DNA from: Hypanus sabinus
Lineage: Eukaryota
Direction of reading: 5' to 3'
Assembly: GCF_030144855.1 (NCBI RefSeq)
Contig: NC_082714.1
Location: 41,540,001 to 41,604,000, forward strand
DNA: 64,000 nt
Positions 1 to 13,999 of the stretch are shown piece by piece. A program made the position numbers and the translations under genes. Under the pieces are notes generated by a model, which was given only the letters and a program-made list of their open reading frames with translations, ran no database searches and had not been told where the DNA came from. Positions within the stretch are counted from its first letter, which is position 1. Each line of letters begins with the position of its first letter.

Positions 1-454
1 GACTCCATAACATTGCAGGAATTTTTGTCATTGTTTTTGTTCATGTAGTTTTAAAATAACCACCTCTGATAGTCATGAAAAGTTTGTAACTATTATGACC
101 TGCCTTACCTGCTGTTGCTGTTTCCAAATCATGGTATCACCTATGCCTGTGGATAGCCTTCATGCCAAAACTGATGTTCAATCATTTTGATGTAAATGGA
201 AGTGGATTTGAGGAGGTAGTGGCAGCCAGACTTTTTATTCAGGTAAACACTCGAAAGGTTAAGCTGAAACCCAAGTCAATCTTCAACTGTAGTGTGGCTT
301 TCTATTGTAATTTAGACACTTCCAATTGGCCACCTTTACTCATAATTATGCACTTGTGGCTAATTGTGGTTTAGTGGCTGTTAAGGAGAAATATTCAGAG
401 GCTTGGACCATCGATACAGGCATAGCAGAAATTATCTTAAAAGAAATAGTTCTT

Positions 455-952
455 CAGATGCAGAAAATCCAGAGAAACATAGACAAAATGTAGGAGGAAT
501 TCAGCAGGTCAGGCAGCATCTATGGAAAGAGATAAACAGTCGATATTTCAGCCTGAATTCTAATAAAATGTTTTTTGTATGTGTTATACAGAAATAATAT
601 TTTCACTCAAAGTTTATCTAAAGCAAGAAGTTCTGCATCAGAGTCTACTTCTATTCCCCACTCTGGCCTCTTACCTCTTCTCATCTGTCTGTAACTTCCC
701 CTGGAGCCCCTCCTTCTGCCCTATCACCCATCAGATTCCTTCTCCTCCAGCCCTTTACCCCTCCCATCCACCTAAATTCACCTCTCACCTTTAGCCATTC
801 CTGCTTCCCCTCCACCTACCCTTAAATTCTGGCATCTTCCCCCTTCCTTCCCAGTCCTGAAGATGGATCTTGGCCTGAAACATCAACGGTTTATTCATTT
901 CCATCGATGCTGCCTGACCTACTGAGTTCCTCCAGCGTTCTGTGTGTGTTGC
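455..952. mobile_element. Degenerate Penelope-like element remnant with inverted terminal repeats
   Basis: cagcaggtcaggcagcatctatgg (~503) and its reverse complement gatgctgcctgacct (~906); pyrimidine-rich tail; degenerate hammerhead core at 857. Confidence 0.7.
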
Positions 953-1149
953 AGCAAAACTGCCAACATATTCTCAGCACAGTAGAAAATACTCTTTCAC
1001 CAAACTTTTGATTTGCGTTTATAATCTGTCATTTTTGGCTGGATTTCAGTTTCCTCATTTTGTTGTATGTACTCTTGTTTGCTTCTCCATACAAAACTCA
1101 CTAAATAAATACATGGTGTTGGATTGTGAATGCTGGTTATTTTCAGACA

Positions 1150-2000
1150 ATCATGGGATTATAGAACTGTACAACACACAGAAGGGTCCTTTTGAACTCC
1201 TTCATCCAGACTGACTGCATTGCCTTTCTATTCCAAACCTATTTACCTGCATTAAACCAATATCCCTAGATTCCTCTCCTATTCAAGTACTTGTGCAACT
1301 ACCTCTTAAACATTGTAATAGTATCTGCTTGCAACATCTCCTCTGGAAGCTTGTGCCAGATATTCACCATCATCTGTGTAGAAAAACCTTTTCCTTTTAT
1401 CTTCTTTAAATTTCTTCCTTCTCAACTTAAACTGGTGCTCTCTAGTTCCCAACTTTCCGGCCCTATGATAATGGTTCTGACTATCTATCTCATCTATGCC
1501 TATCATAATTTTATAAACTACTGAAGTCATACCTCAGTCTATACATTCCACTAGAATAAACACAGCCTTTTCAATCTCTCCTTATGACTACAGTCATCCA
1601 TTCCAAGCAATATCCTGGAGAGTCACTTCTGTACTCTCTCCTGTACTACCACATCCTCCCTACATTGTGGTGATCAGAACTGTACACAGTATTCTTAATG
1701 CAGTCTGACATAAGTTTCCCAACTTATATCCCAACTCTTATGCTCAATGTCTCAATCTATGAAGGCAAGCCAACTATTGTAAATGCTTTTATCGCTACCC
1801 TATCTACTTGTGTTGCCACTTTCCGGGAAGCAACATATGGACCTATACACCAATGTCTCGCTGTAGATCAACACTGCTAAGGTCCCTGATATTTGCTGTA
1901 TATGTCCTATGAGAAATTAACCTAACAAAGTACATTACCTCATGCTTACCAAGATTAAATTCCATCTATCACTGCACAACTTTCCAGCTGATCTACAGTA
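1150..2000 (-). mobile_element. CR1 LINE 3' fragment, degraded
   Basis: ORF 1306-1530 VYKIMIGIDEIDSQN...KFKEDKRKRFF resembles the CR1 ORF2 C-terminus. Confidence 0.8.
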
Positions 2001-3022
2001 TGTCCACTGCAATTTTTTTTTTTAAATTGCACTTTTTGGTAGTTTGTGCTGTTTGGTGTTTGAATAAGTAATGTTGCAGAACAAAAAGGTTAGTTTTTTT
2101 TTGAAGTACAATCTGCTCAAAGCTAATTGTGGTCTTTTTCCTCCAAGAACAGCTATTTGTTAATCTGGGTAGGACTTTTCATTAGTCAAAATAGAAATAT
2201 TGAAATTTCTTAGGTCAAGGGACATCTGTGGAAAGAAAAATGTTGTACATTTCAAGTCTTAAATTCTTATTATGCAAATTTATTTTGTTCCAATGAAAAG
2301 ACAAAAATTTAAATGTTGACTGTTTCTGCCTTCACGGATACTGCGTGATCTGTTGATTATTAACAGCATTTCATATTTTTATTTCAATTTCTGACATCCA
2401 TTTTCTAATTTTACCATTTTTAGATCTTTCTGGTGCTCAGCACTATCAGCAGGATAGCTCACTCTGAAAAGATCATTGGAAAACTGTACATGAATTGCCA
2501 GTAACAATGAATGGGATACGAAAGGAAACCAATAAATTGTCAAGATCTTTAACTTATGGCTTTCCTTTGTTTACTGAAATCCTTGAACATATTGCATTAC
2601 CTAGGTTTATACTGTCTTTTCCATCATTCCCTATTAGATCCCTTAAGTCTATACACCATCTAGTAGATGGAACTGATACGACTCTTGCTAAAACTATCAT
2701 TACACTTGATATGTAACTAAAACACATTTTCACATATGGATTGAATTGAAAATTCTCCGGCTTTAAGTGGAATTCTTAATGTCACTCACTTTCATACTGA
2801 ACATGTGATATTGCAATCCCATAGATACAGACTCTACTGTCCTAAACAACTGGATCATAATTTTGCAATACTGTACAAAGGTACCGTTTTGGCTCACATT
2901 TATCACTACTCCTATTCTTACACTCTTTCTTCACTGCTTTTTTTGTTTCAAATAGTTTTCCACTACTTCTTTTGAAAGTTATTTGGATTTTATATCCACT
3001 GCTATTTCTTCTCAACCATATG

Positions 3023-6000
3023 ACTGTAAGACATGGGAGCAGAATTAGATCTCTCAGTCCATCAAGTCTGCTCTGCCATTCCATCATGGCTGATTTATTT
3101 TACCTCTCAACCTTATTCTCCTGCTTCTCCCTGTAATCTTAGATGCCATGACTAATCAAGAATCTATTAATCTTCACTTTAAATATTTAATTGGCCTCCA
3201 CAGCAATGAATTCTACAGATTCTCCACCCTCTGGCTAAAGAAGTTCCTTCAAACTCTATTCTAAAACTCTGCCCTCCAGTCCAAGACTCACACACTACAG
3301 GAAATATCCTGTCCACATCCACTCTATCCAGATCTCTCAATATATGAAAGGTTTCAATGAGATCAACACTCATTCTGCTAAACTCCAATGAGTCCAGGCT
3401 TAAAGCCATTACATGCTTCTCATACATTAACACTTTCATTCCTGGAATCATGTTCATGAACCTCCTCTGGACCCTCTCTAATGCCAGCACATCTTATCTT
3501 ATGTAAGGGGTCCAAAACTGCTCACAATACTCTAAATGTGGTCTGACCAATCATTTATAAAGCCTCAGCGTCATATCCTTGCCCTTATATTACATTTGCC
3601 TTCCTTACCACTGACTCGACCTGCAAGTTAACCTTTAGGGAAACCTGCATAAGCCCTTTGAATCTCAGTTTTTTTTTGCATTTTCTCCCTATTTAGACAA
3701 TAGTCTACCTTTTATTCTTTCTATCTTTTATAACCATACACTTCCCAAAATTATATTCCATCTGCCACTTCTTTGCCATTCTCCCAATCTGTCTAAGCCT
3801 TTCTGCAGACTCCATGCCTCCTCAACACTACCTGTCCCTACACCTATCTTTGTATTGTCTGCAAACTTCACCACAAAACCATCAATTCTGTCACCGAAAT
3901 CATTGACCTATAATGTGAAACAAAGCAGCCAACCAAAGTATGCCCCCTTTATTCTGCCTTTCTGCCTCCTGCTGGTTAGTCAACCTTCTTTCCATGCTAA
4001 TATCTTTCCTGTAATACCATGGGCTTATACCTTGTTAAGCAGCCTCATATGACATATTGTCAAAAGCCTCCTGAAAATCCAAGTAAACAAAATCCACTGA
4101 TTCTCCTTTGTCTATCCTATTATTATTTTCCAGAAGAGTTCCAACAAAATTGCTAGGCAAGATTTCCCCTTAAAGAAACAACACAGATTTTGGGGTGCCT
4201 CCAAGAACCCCAAAACCTCATCCTCAATAATGGACCCCAACATGTTCCGAACTACTGAAGTCAGGCTAACTTGCCTATAATTTCCTTTTTCATTTCTTCC
4301 TCCCTCCCTCCTTAAAGTGTGGTGTGACATTTGCAATTTTCCGGTCCTCTGGAACCATTCCAGAATCTAGTGATTCTTGAAAGATCATTAATATTGCCTC
4401 CACAATCTCTTCAGCTACTTCTTTCAGAACCCTGGGACATAGTTCATCTGCTCTAGGTAATGTATCTACCTTTAGATCTTTCAGTTTCCCAAGAACCTTC
4501 TCCTTAGTAATAGCTGCTACACTCACTTCTTCCCCCTGACACTTTCGAATTTCTGGCATTCTGCTAGGGTCTTCCACAGTGAAGACTGAGGCAAAATAAT
4601 AAGTTCATCTGCCATTTTTTGTCCTCCATTAGTACCCCTCCAGCATCATTTTCCAGCAGCCCAATATCCACTTTCACCTCTTTTTACTCTTTATATATCT
4701 GAAAAAACATTTGGTATCCTCTTCAATATTATTGGGTAGTTTTATCTTAATATTTCATCTTTTCTCTCCTTTTTTGCTGTCTTCTGTTGACTTTTAAAAA
4801 CTTCCCAATCCTCTAATTTTCCACAAAAGTTTGCTATATTTTTTCCTTTAATGCTGTCTTTGACTTCCATTGTCAGCCACGGTTGCATCATCCTCCCCTT
4901 AGAATACTATTTCATCTTTGAGATGAATCTATCCTGCACCTTCTGATTTGCTAACCATTGCTGTTTTGCCATTATTCCTAATGTACTTTTCCAATCAACT
5001 TTGTCCAGCTCCTCTCTCATACCTCTCTAATTCCCTTTACTCCACTGTACTATTTATACAATTGATGTTATCCTCTCAAATTGTAGGGTCAATTCCATCA
5101 TATTTTGACCACTGACTCCTAAGTGTTCCTTTACCTTAAGCTTCCTAATTAAACTGGTTCATTACATAACACCCAATACTGAATTGTATTTTTCTTAGTG
5201 GACTCAACCACAAGCTGCTCTTAAAAAGCCAACTCATGGGCATTCTACAAGCTCCCTCACTTGGGATGCAGCACCAACTTGATTTTTCCCAATTTACCTG
5301 CATACTGATATTCCATATGACTATCATGGCTTTATTGCATGCAATTTCTATCTCCTGTTGTAATTTATATCCCATATCCTGGCTAATGTTCGGAGGCCTG
5401 TATATAATTATCATCAGGGTCTTTATACCCTTGTAGTTTCTTAACTCTACCCATAGGATTCTACATCTTCCAATCCTATGTCACCTCTTTCAAAGGCTTT
5501 GATTTCATTTTTTACCAACAGAACCAACCCACCCCCTCTGTCTAGTTGCCTGACCTTTCAATAAAAGGTGCATCCTTGAATGTAAAGCTCCCAACTATGA
5601 TCTTCTTTCAGCCATGGCTTTGTGTTGTCCACAACATCATACCTGCCAATCTCTAACTATGCTACAAGATCATCTACCTTATTCCATATACTTCATGCAT
5701 TCAAATATAACACCTTCAGTTCTGTGTTCGTTTTGAACAATTTTCAGTTTTGCCCCCCTGTTCCACTCCAACTCATCCCACTGACTGCAATTTTCTCCTA
5801 TCCTTTGCCTGTCTTTCTTCACAGCCTCACAACTCAGTGTGTAGAATCTGAAGCCTCAAGTTTCCTTTCACTTTACCCCACCAGCTGCTTTCGCTGTGCT
5901 CTCATAGGCCAAATCCCCCCCCCCCACCAACATCCAAAGGGGTATACTTGTTGCTGAGGAGAATGGCTGCAGGGGAACCCTGCACTGACTGCTCACTCCC

Positions 6001-6420
6001 CTTACTTCTGATGGTCACCCATCTATTATTTGAAGCTGCGCTCTGGATGTGTGGTAAACCATGTATACCTGTCAGGACACGCCCCTCTGCTGACTGTTCC
6101 TGTGGCTCCTCCCACAGACCCCTGTATAAAGGCGATTGGAGGCACTGCTCCTCCCTTAGTCTCCAAGATGTCGTGGTCCCTCTTGCTACTAATAAAAGCC
6201 TATCGTTCACCTCCCGTCTCTGAGAGTTATTGATGGTGCATCAGGATGTGACCACCTCAGTAAAAGTCTCATCTGTGTGGTTTTCAGCCTCCCTGATGGG
6301 CCTGAGTACATCCACCTCCAGCTCCAACTTCCTGACCTTGTCAGTCAGGAGCTGAACTTGGGTAAACTTCCTGTAGATGCAGTCATAAGAGAGACCATTA
6401 GGTATGCTGAAATTCCACTG
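3023..6420 (-). mobile_element. Near full-length degraded CR1 LINE (ORF1, AP endonuclease, RT)
   Basis: LERVQRRF, GNYRQVSLTSVV, VLKEVAEEIVEA, IYRPPN, LLSNKYTPLD and VRKLELEVDVLR fragments in the expected order. Confidence 0.9.
6050..6243 (+). mobile_element. Solo LTR (194 bp) nested in CR1 ORF1
   Basis: TG...CA ends, TATAAA, AATAAA, 5-bp TSD GGATG; homologous to 38145-38361. Confidence 0.85.
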
Positions 6421-6780
6421 CTCATATGACTGTCCACCACCTGCTACTATGGCTTCGTGTGACCCTGATTGGGGGGCCAACTGAGTAACACATCTTGCTC
6501 AAGGGTGACCTGCAGGAGCGCCCTACACCCCCTTTGGTAGAGGATGTATCTCCACCCTGCCACCCGATGGTGCATATCACATCCTGGTTATGCGACCACT
6601 GACGCCAGGCAGACAATCCCTGAAGTGTATTGATAATGGCTGGGGTTACCTGTCTTGTGTAGGCACTGTCCAGAAGAAGGCAATGGCAAACCACTTCTGT
6701 AGAAAGAAATTGCCAGGAACAGTCATGGCCATGGAAAGACCAGAAATGCCCACATCATATGACTTAGCAGGTTACAAACA
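6421..6780. mobile_element. RTE-related SINE/LINE fragment with its 5' half inverted
   Basis: Homologous to 43704-44015; agaaggcaatggcaaaccacttc resembles the RTE/BovB-type motif. Confidence 0.55.
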
Positions 6781-6989
6781 AACCTACGTTGGTATTAACC
6801 CAGGCAATCTCCTGCTTCGCAGACAAGTCACAACAGGCCACGCTCACTTTTTTTTAAACTGGTATGTAAAGCCCACAAGGAACAGTCTCCAACTCACTCC
6901 ATGATCTCCCGCTCTGCAGTCAAGTCCGCCTTAAATTAATGAGCATATGACTTCAATAAGATTTTCTCAATTCTCATTGTTAACTGCTT

Positions 6990-7640
6990 TACACCAACAG
7001 GAAAGCTAACCAATGCCTCCACTTTCTGAGGAAGCTGAAGAGAGATGGACTATGTACATCTATACTCAGTTCATTCTACAGATGTGCAGTAGAGAACATC
7101 CTAACAAGCTGCATCACTGCTTAGTACGGAAACTGCACTGCACCAGACAGGAAGGCTCTACAACTGGTAGACAAAACTTCTCAATATATCCCCAGCACCA
7201 GCCCAGCTGCCATCAAGGACAAATGTACAGAAAGGTGCCAGTGACATCATGAAGAATCTCACACATCCCACTCATGGACGGTTTGTCCCACTCCCATAAG
7301 AGAGGAGGCCACGTAGCATCCATGCCAGGACCACCAGACTCAAAAACTGTTACTTTCCCCAAGCAGTAAGGCTGATCAGCACCTCCACCCACTAACCCGT
7401 CCCTCCACACGCCTAACCACCACTACTTTATCATTTCCTGTTGTACCTTAGATATAGATACTCCTGTGCCTAGTGTCACCTTATGGATATACAATCAATC
7501 TATGCATATAAGTTAGTTTGTGTATTTATATTTATCATGTTTTAATATTATTATTCTGTTCTTTATTGTGTTTTTTGTGCTGCATCATAGATGAAGAACA
7601 ATTAATCCACTCTTCCTTACAATTGTGTACTTGAAATACC
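6990..7640 (+). mobile_element. Rex1/Babar-like LINE 3' fragment
   Basis: Frameshifted ILTSCITAWYGNC-like sequence homologous to 21390-21700, followed by an AT-rich tail. Confidence 0.7.
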
Positions 7641-9009
7641 ATTTTCATTCTGGGGAAACCACAAAGTTACAGAAACTAGGTTCTTTCCCAACTGATTCAT
7701 TGAGGAATAGAAATGCTTTTCACGTTTTTACTTTACAAATATGAAAAAATAAAGGAGGTGACCGGTTCATCAAATCTGTAATACTGTAATACTACCCCAG
7801 CAGCTGTAAAAAACACACCTATATCTCTCCCAACAGTTTCTCATTCTTCTGAGAGAGACGACAGAAAAAAGACGTAAGAACAACCTGGGAGTAATCTCTG
7901 AGATTTCCGTCTAGGTCTCCAAAAAGCTGCCAAGCAAATAGTTATGACATTCAGATTCACTCTCATGCTTTCTATGATATGTAATGGTTTACATTTGAAG
8001 GAACATGTTAAAGTGGCTTTCAAGATGGCTTGTAGAAAACTCACACGTCAGATTTACCAATTTACACAGTTCCACTGAATGTCTCTCTTACTTTACCAGT
8101 TTAAATAGCCTGGTCAATGATATAAAACTTAATCCCTCTGATCAGTTTATATTAGAACCTCCTTGACTGCTAAAACTTCAGTCTGAATGCCACTTAAGTG
8201 AAACATTTGAACCCTTTGTAATAGTCCACATGATCATAGAATACAAAAACAAAGCCATGATAATCTAGGCTAGCTAGATCAAGGCCTTGAGAACAATAGA
8301 GAATGCCTGTTCACTGTAATACCAGCATGTACAATTCTCCTTTGCAACAGCTTCATGATATTTGTCAAAGACCTCAGCACCTGAATTTCCAATCTGTCAA
8401 GGACCTGTAAATTCATGCTGCAACCTAACTCTCTCTAGTCTCTTCTTCCCCTCCATCACTCACCCCCTCAATTCGGGCAGAAGAAATAAAATAGGTCTAT
8501 CCTGCTGTTAGGACTTGTGAACAATCCCCTCATATTATAAGATGGACTCTTGCCCTCACAATCTATTTTATCATGACTTTGTACCATATTGTCTTCCTAC
8601 ACTGCACTTTCCACGCATTTGTAATCTGCTATTGTTTTCCCTTGGACTACTTCAATGGACTGATGCGATAAAATTGATCTGTATGGATGGCATGAAAAAG
8701 TTTTTTTCACTATACATGTGACAGTAGAAATAAACCAAGCATCCCATGGCTAAACCAGCACTCAAAATGGCACCGAGCTAACAGATTATCAACGTTAGGT
8801 GGTCAGCCAATCAGCTACTATAATTTAAGAAGTTAGAATCAGAGTGGACAGGTAATTACGTCTTCCCTCATTCTTGTAATCTTGAATTCCTAAAACACAA
8901 GCTTGTCCTCTCCAAATCATTTTCTACTATTTTGTTGTGTCTTCGCATCTCACCTTCACTGGGCCATTCCCAATGATCTTTTAGCTGGTCACTTTGGTTT
9001 CCCCTTTTT

Positions 9010-11896
9010 AGTACTGTCACACAGCCTCCTGGACGGCCATATCTGCACCCGGTGTGTTGAGCTGCAGCTCCCAAGGGACCGTGTTAGGGAACTGGAGATG
9101 CAGCTCGATGACCTTTGCCTGGTCAGGGAGAGCGAGGAGGTGATAGGGAGGATTAATAGGCAGGTGGTCACACAGGGGCCACAGGAGACACACAAGTGGA
9201 TCACAGTCAGGAGGGGGAAGGGGGAGAGTCAGGTACTAGAGAGTACCCCCGTGACTGTACCCCTTGACAATAAGTACTCCTGTTTGAGTACTATTGGGGG
9301 CGGACAGCCTGCCTGGGGGAAACAACAGTGGCCGTGCCTCTGGCACAGAATCCGGCCCTGTGGCTCAGAAGGGTAGGGAAAGGAAGAAGAAAGCAGTAGT
9401 GATAGGGCAGTAGTTAGGGGATTAGACAGGTGATTCTGTGGACGCAGTAAAGAAACTCAGATGGTAGTTTGCCTCCCAGGTTTCCAAGATGTTTCAGATC
9501 ATGTCCAAGATATCCTCCAGTGGGAGGGAGAACAGCCAGAGGTCGTGGCTCACAAACAGAGAAAGCTTGAAGACAGTGTGAGAGGGAGGGTAGGTAGGTG
9601 ATAGAGAAGGGTCACACTCAGATGGACGGTTTGAGATGAGTATTTTAACGCAAGTGTTGTGAACAAAGTGGATGAGCTTAGAGCATGGATCAGTACTTGG
9701 AGATATGATGTGGTGGCCATTACAGAGATTTGGATGGCTCAGGGACAGGAATGATTACTTCAAGTGCTGGGTTTCAGAAGGGACAGGGAAGAGGCAAAAA
9801 AGGTGGGGGCGTGGCACTGTTGATCAGAGTTAGTGTCACAGCTGCAGAAAAGGTGGACGGCATGGAGGGATTGTCTATGGAATCTCTGTGGGTGGAGGTT
9901 AGGAACAGGAAGGGATCAATAACTTTACTGGGTGTTTTTTATAGGTCGCCCAATAGTAACAGGGATATCAAGAAGGAGATAGGGAAACAGATCCTGGAAA
10001 GAGGTAATAATAACAGAGTTGTTGTGATGGGAGATTTTAATTTCCCAAATATTGATTAGCATCTTCCTAGAGCAAGGGGAGCAATTTTTTTAGATGGGGT
10101 GGAGTTTGTTAGGTGTGTTCAGGAATATGTAGATAAGCCTACAAGAGAAGAGACTGTACTTGATTTGGTGTTAGGAAATGAACCTGGTCAGGTGTCAGAT
10201 CTCTCAGTGGAAGATCATTTTGGAGATAGTGACCATAATTCTATCTCCTTTACAATAGCATTGGAGAGAGACAGGAACAGACAATTTAGAAAAGCATTTA
10301 ATTGGAGTAAAGTCAGGCAGGACTTAAATTAGGAACAAATGTTCTCAGAGAAAAATACAGAGATATTTTTGGGAATAAAAGATTCAGAGATCGCTGAACC
10401 TCTGACGATGATCTTTAAATCATCAATGGGACGGGAGAGGTTCCGGAGGATTGGAAGGTTGTGGATTTAGTTCCTGTATGCAAGGAAGGGAGTAGAGATA
10501 GCCCAGGAAATTATAGACCAGTGAGTCTTACTTTAGTGGTTGGTAAGTTGATGGAGAAGATCCTGAGAGGCAGAATTTATGAACATTTGGAGAGGCATAA
10601 TATGATTAGGAATAGTCAGCATGGCTTTGTCAAAGGCAGGTCTTGCCTTACGAGCCTGATTGAATTTTTTGAGGATGTGACTAAACACATTGATGAAAGA
10701 AGAACAGTATATGAGTTTCAGCAAGGCATTTGATAAGGTACCCCATGCAAGGCTTATTGAGAAAGTAAGGAGGCATGGGATCCAAGGGGACATTGCTTTG
10801 TGGATCTAGAACTGGCTTGCCCACAGAAGACAAAGAATAGTTGTAGATGGGTCATATTCTGTATGGAGGTTGGTCACCTATGATGTGCCTCAGGGATCTG
10901 TTCTGGGACCCTTACTCTTAGTGATTTTTATAAATGAGCTGGATGAGGAAGTGGAGGGATGGGTTAGTAAATTTGCTGATGACAAAGGGTGGAGGTGTTG
11001 TGAATAGTGTGGAGGGCTGTCAGAGATTACAGTGGGACATTGATAGGTTGCAAAACTGGGCTGATAAGTGGCAGATGGAGTTCAACCCAGATAAGTGTGA
11101 AGTGGTTCATTTTGGTAGGTCAAATATGATGGCAGAATATAGTATTAATGGTAGGACTCTTGGCAGTGTGGAGGATCAGAGGGATCTTGGGGTCTGAGTC
11201 CATAGGAAGCTCAAAGTAGCTGCACAGGTTGACTTTGTGATTAAGAAGGCGTACAGTGTATTGGCCTTCATTAATCATGGAACTGAATTTAGGAGCTGAA
11301 AGGTAATGTTGCAGCTATATAGGACCCTGGTCAGACCCCACTTGGAGTACTGTGCTCAGTTCTGGTCGCCTCACTACAGGAAGGATGTGGAAACCATAGA
11401 AAGGGTGCAGAGGAGATTTACAAGGATGTTGCCTGGATTGGGAAACATGCCTTATTGAAACAGTTTGAGTGAACTCAGCCTTTTCTCCATGGAGTAACGG
11501 AGGATGAGAGGTGACCTGATAGATGTGTATAAGATGATGAGAGGCATTGATTGTGTGGATAGTCAGAGGCTTTTTCCCAGGGCTGAAGTGATTGCCACAA
11601 GAGTACACAGGTTTAAGGTGCTGTGGAGTAGATACAGAGGAGATATCGGGGTAAGTATTTTACGCAGAGGGTAAGTTTTTTTACGCAGGGAGTGGTGAGT
11701 GCTTGGAATGGGCTGCCAGGGACAGTGGTGGAGGTGGATACGATAGGGTCTTTTAAGAGACTTTTGGATAGATACATAGAACTTAGAAAAATAGAGGGCT
11801 ATGGGTAAGCCTAGCGATTTCTAAGATAGGGACATGTTCGGCATAACTTTGTGGGCCGAAGGGCCTGTATTGTGCAGTAGGTTTTCTATGTTTCTT
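9010..11896 (+). mobile_element. CR1 LINE, internally deleted (ORF1, AP endonuclease, RT, 3' tail)
   Basis: HICTRCVELQ...VRELEMQLDDL, GGGVALLI, VVMGDFNFPNID, PGNYRPVSLT, WQMEFNPDKCEV; tail ttctatgtttct. Confidence 0.93.
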
Positions 11897-11989
11897 TGAC
11901 ATCTGCTGAGATTTGTTATCCCATATCAGGTAAGAATTCCTGTTATGAACATAGTGACCTTTTGCTTGACCTTCACCTAAAGGGCTCAG

Positions 11990-12245
11990 AATAGAATCAT
12001 AGAAATCTACAGCACATTACAGACCCTTTGGCCCACAATGTTGTGCCGACCATGTAACCTACTGTAGAAACTGCCTGGAATTACCCTCTACCGCATAACC
12101 CTCTATTTTTCTAAGACTCTGTTGTACCCGCCTCTTCCACCTTCACCCGGCACCTGCCACTGTGTAGAAAGCTTGTCTCTGACATCCCCCTTGACCTACT
12201 TCCAAGCACCTTAAAACTACATCCACTCGTGTTAGCCATTTCAGC
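11990..12245 (-). mobile_element. CR1 3' end fragment
   Basis: Reverse complement of a tail like 11590-11890. Confidence 0.75.
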
Positions 12246-12389
12246 TCCTGCTACCCACACCATCATCTTATACAACAATAAGAATGCAAGAATGGTGTGT
12301 CTACTAGTCTGTTTGTCTGACTCTGGCACTAATGAGGAATTCCCCCGAGTACGTCAATGGGTCATTTGCGACCACCTCCAGTTGCCCGT

Positions 12390-12468
12390 AACGTCGACAG
12401 CGCTTCTCCCTATAGATGCTGCCTGGCCTGCTGTGTTCCACCAGCATTTTGTGTGTGTTGTTGTTTGA
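12390..12468 (+). mobile_element. Penelope terminal repeat fragment
   Basis: Near-identical to 34802-34868 and 38410-38484. Confidence 0.75.
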
Positions 12469-12599
12469 ACTTAGTTTCATATACTTTTATCAGATCTTGG
12501 TCACAACACTTTTTTTCAGAATCTTTGACGTCTTATATCTTATTCGTCGATATATTCTGATTTTGCTTGGTGGAGTAATGTTTATAGCCATGGAAGACT

Positions 12600-13290
12600 A
12601 GCAGACTTAGAACTGTCAGGCGGTTCCATTGTACAGTTTTGGGTTATTCGGGTAACCGGTCTGGCACCAATACTATGGATTAAATGGCCCTCTGGACGGA
12701 AAGCGTGCGTACCCACAGACGCCAGTTTTAGCTTTTACGTTGTCGGTCCTTCTCACTTCTTACCAGCGTGGGTAGCTAATATTTTTAGTTTTGCTTCAAA
12801 ATTTCTCTTGGCCAATACTGCTGAATCAACCCTACCCCCATCACTCCTGGTTCAGACAGGAGACCGTACACGGTCCCAACTGACTTTTAGAGAGGCACGG
12901 CCGGGGAGCGGTGAAACTTAAAGCGGAGAATCTGCGCGAAAGCAACAATCTGCACATCTTCAGCACTACCCCAAAACAAGAAAAGACAACAAAAACAAGT
13001 TTATCGACAGGCATTGAATTTCTAAATCAAAGTCAATATTTATACAGCCAGTGCCACATTGGGTAAACTACTTGTTTCACCAGTTGATTTAATGCAGATT
13101 CATGCTCGATGGTATTTAGAAACAATTAGCGATGCAAATTTAAATTCCTTTCATTTTATTCTTTTACCTTGTCACTCCTAACATCTCGTTCTGACGTCGC
13201 TAAACTCCACCCATCTGGAACGCAATGTACTCGATGTCCCCGTCCTGAGCATTGGTCCGCATCATCCCTTCAGCGAGAAGGAAGGTGAGT
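12600..13290. promoter_or_regulatory. Candidate promoter and non-coding first exon, possibly bidirectional
   Basis: Non-repetitive and locally CpG-enriched; CRE-like TGACGTC at 13192; strong + donor AAG|gtgagt at 13284/13285; minus-strand donor CTG|gtaaga at 12764. Confidence 0.4.
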
Positions 13291-13999
13291 GACAGTTCCC
13301 TATTTGTGCTCTTTGTATACTTTAACAAAAATAAAATCAAGCTTTTAATAAATAGTTCTGGAAAATACCTGACACAAAGTTAGAAAAATCGTTTATTATA
13401 ATGCAGGTGTACAAATCATTTGTAAATAAGGAACGGGAAGAAGTGCTTGGAAATTAATTTGCAAAATATTTCACTGCAAGGAAAGTTTATTTCTGCGGTC
13501 CGTTGGCCGTATTGGAGACTTTTATGAAGTACAAGTTCTGGATTTAAGCATTAGAGCGATCAAGGAGAAGGAAAGCCATTGGTTACTAGACTGAGTACAG
13601 AAAGTCAGGCTGAGCTTTTTGATGCGTTGAAACCCAACAAGAGGTTTAAGAGGGTTTATTGAATGAAAGAAGTCTTAGGAAGTATACTGATGGGGCCAAA
13701 AATTATAGATAGATTGGATTGTGGACTGGACCTGTGGGTTGAGGTTTGTGGAGAGAACCTGAAGAAAGTGCAGTGGAGGTATAGTTGCTGTTTACAGAGA
13801 AAATATACAGTATTGCAAGTGTTTTGACCTTCCCACCGTTTTAACTTAGACATTTCTTAGACATTTCTTGCCTTTAGTCTAAGTCAACTTGTAATATTCT
13901 CCGAGGAACCCTTAAAAGAACTGTCCATTTCCCCAACACTATTATGGAGAATTTTAAATTCATAATATAACCATTGAACAATTTTGATTTCCCTTCCAT

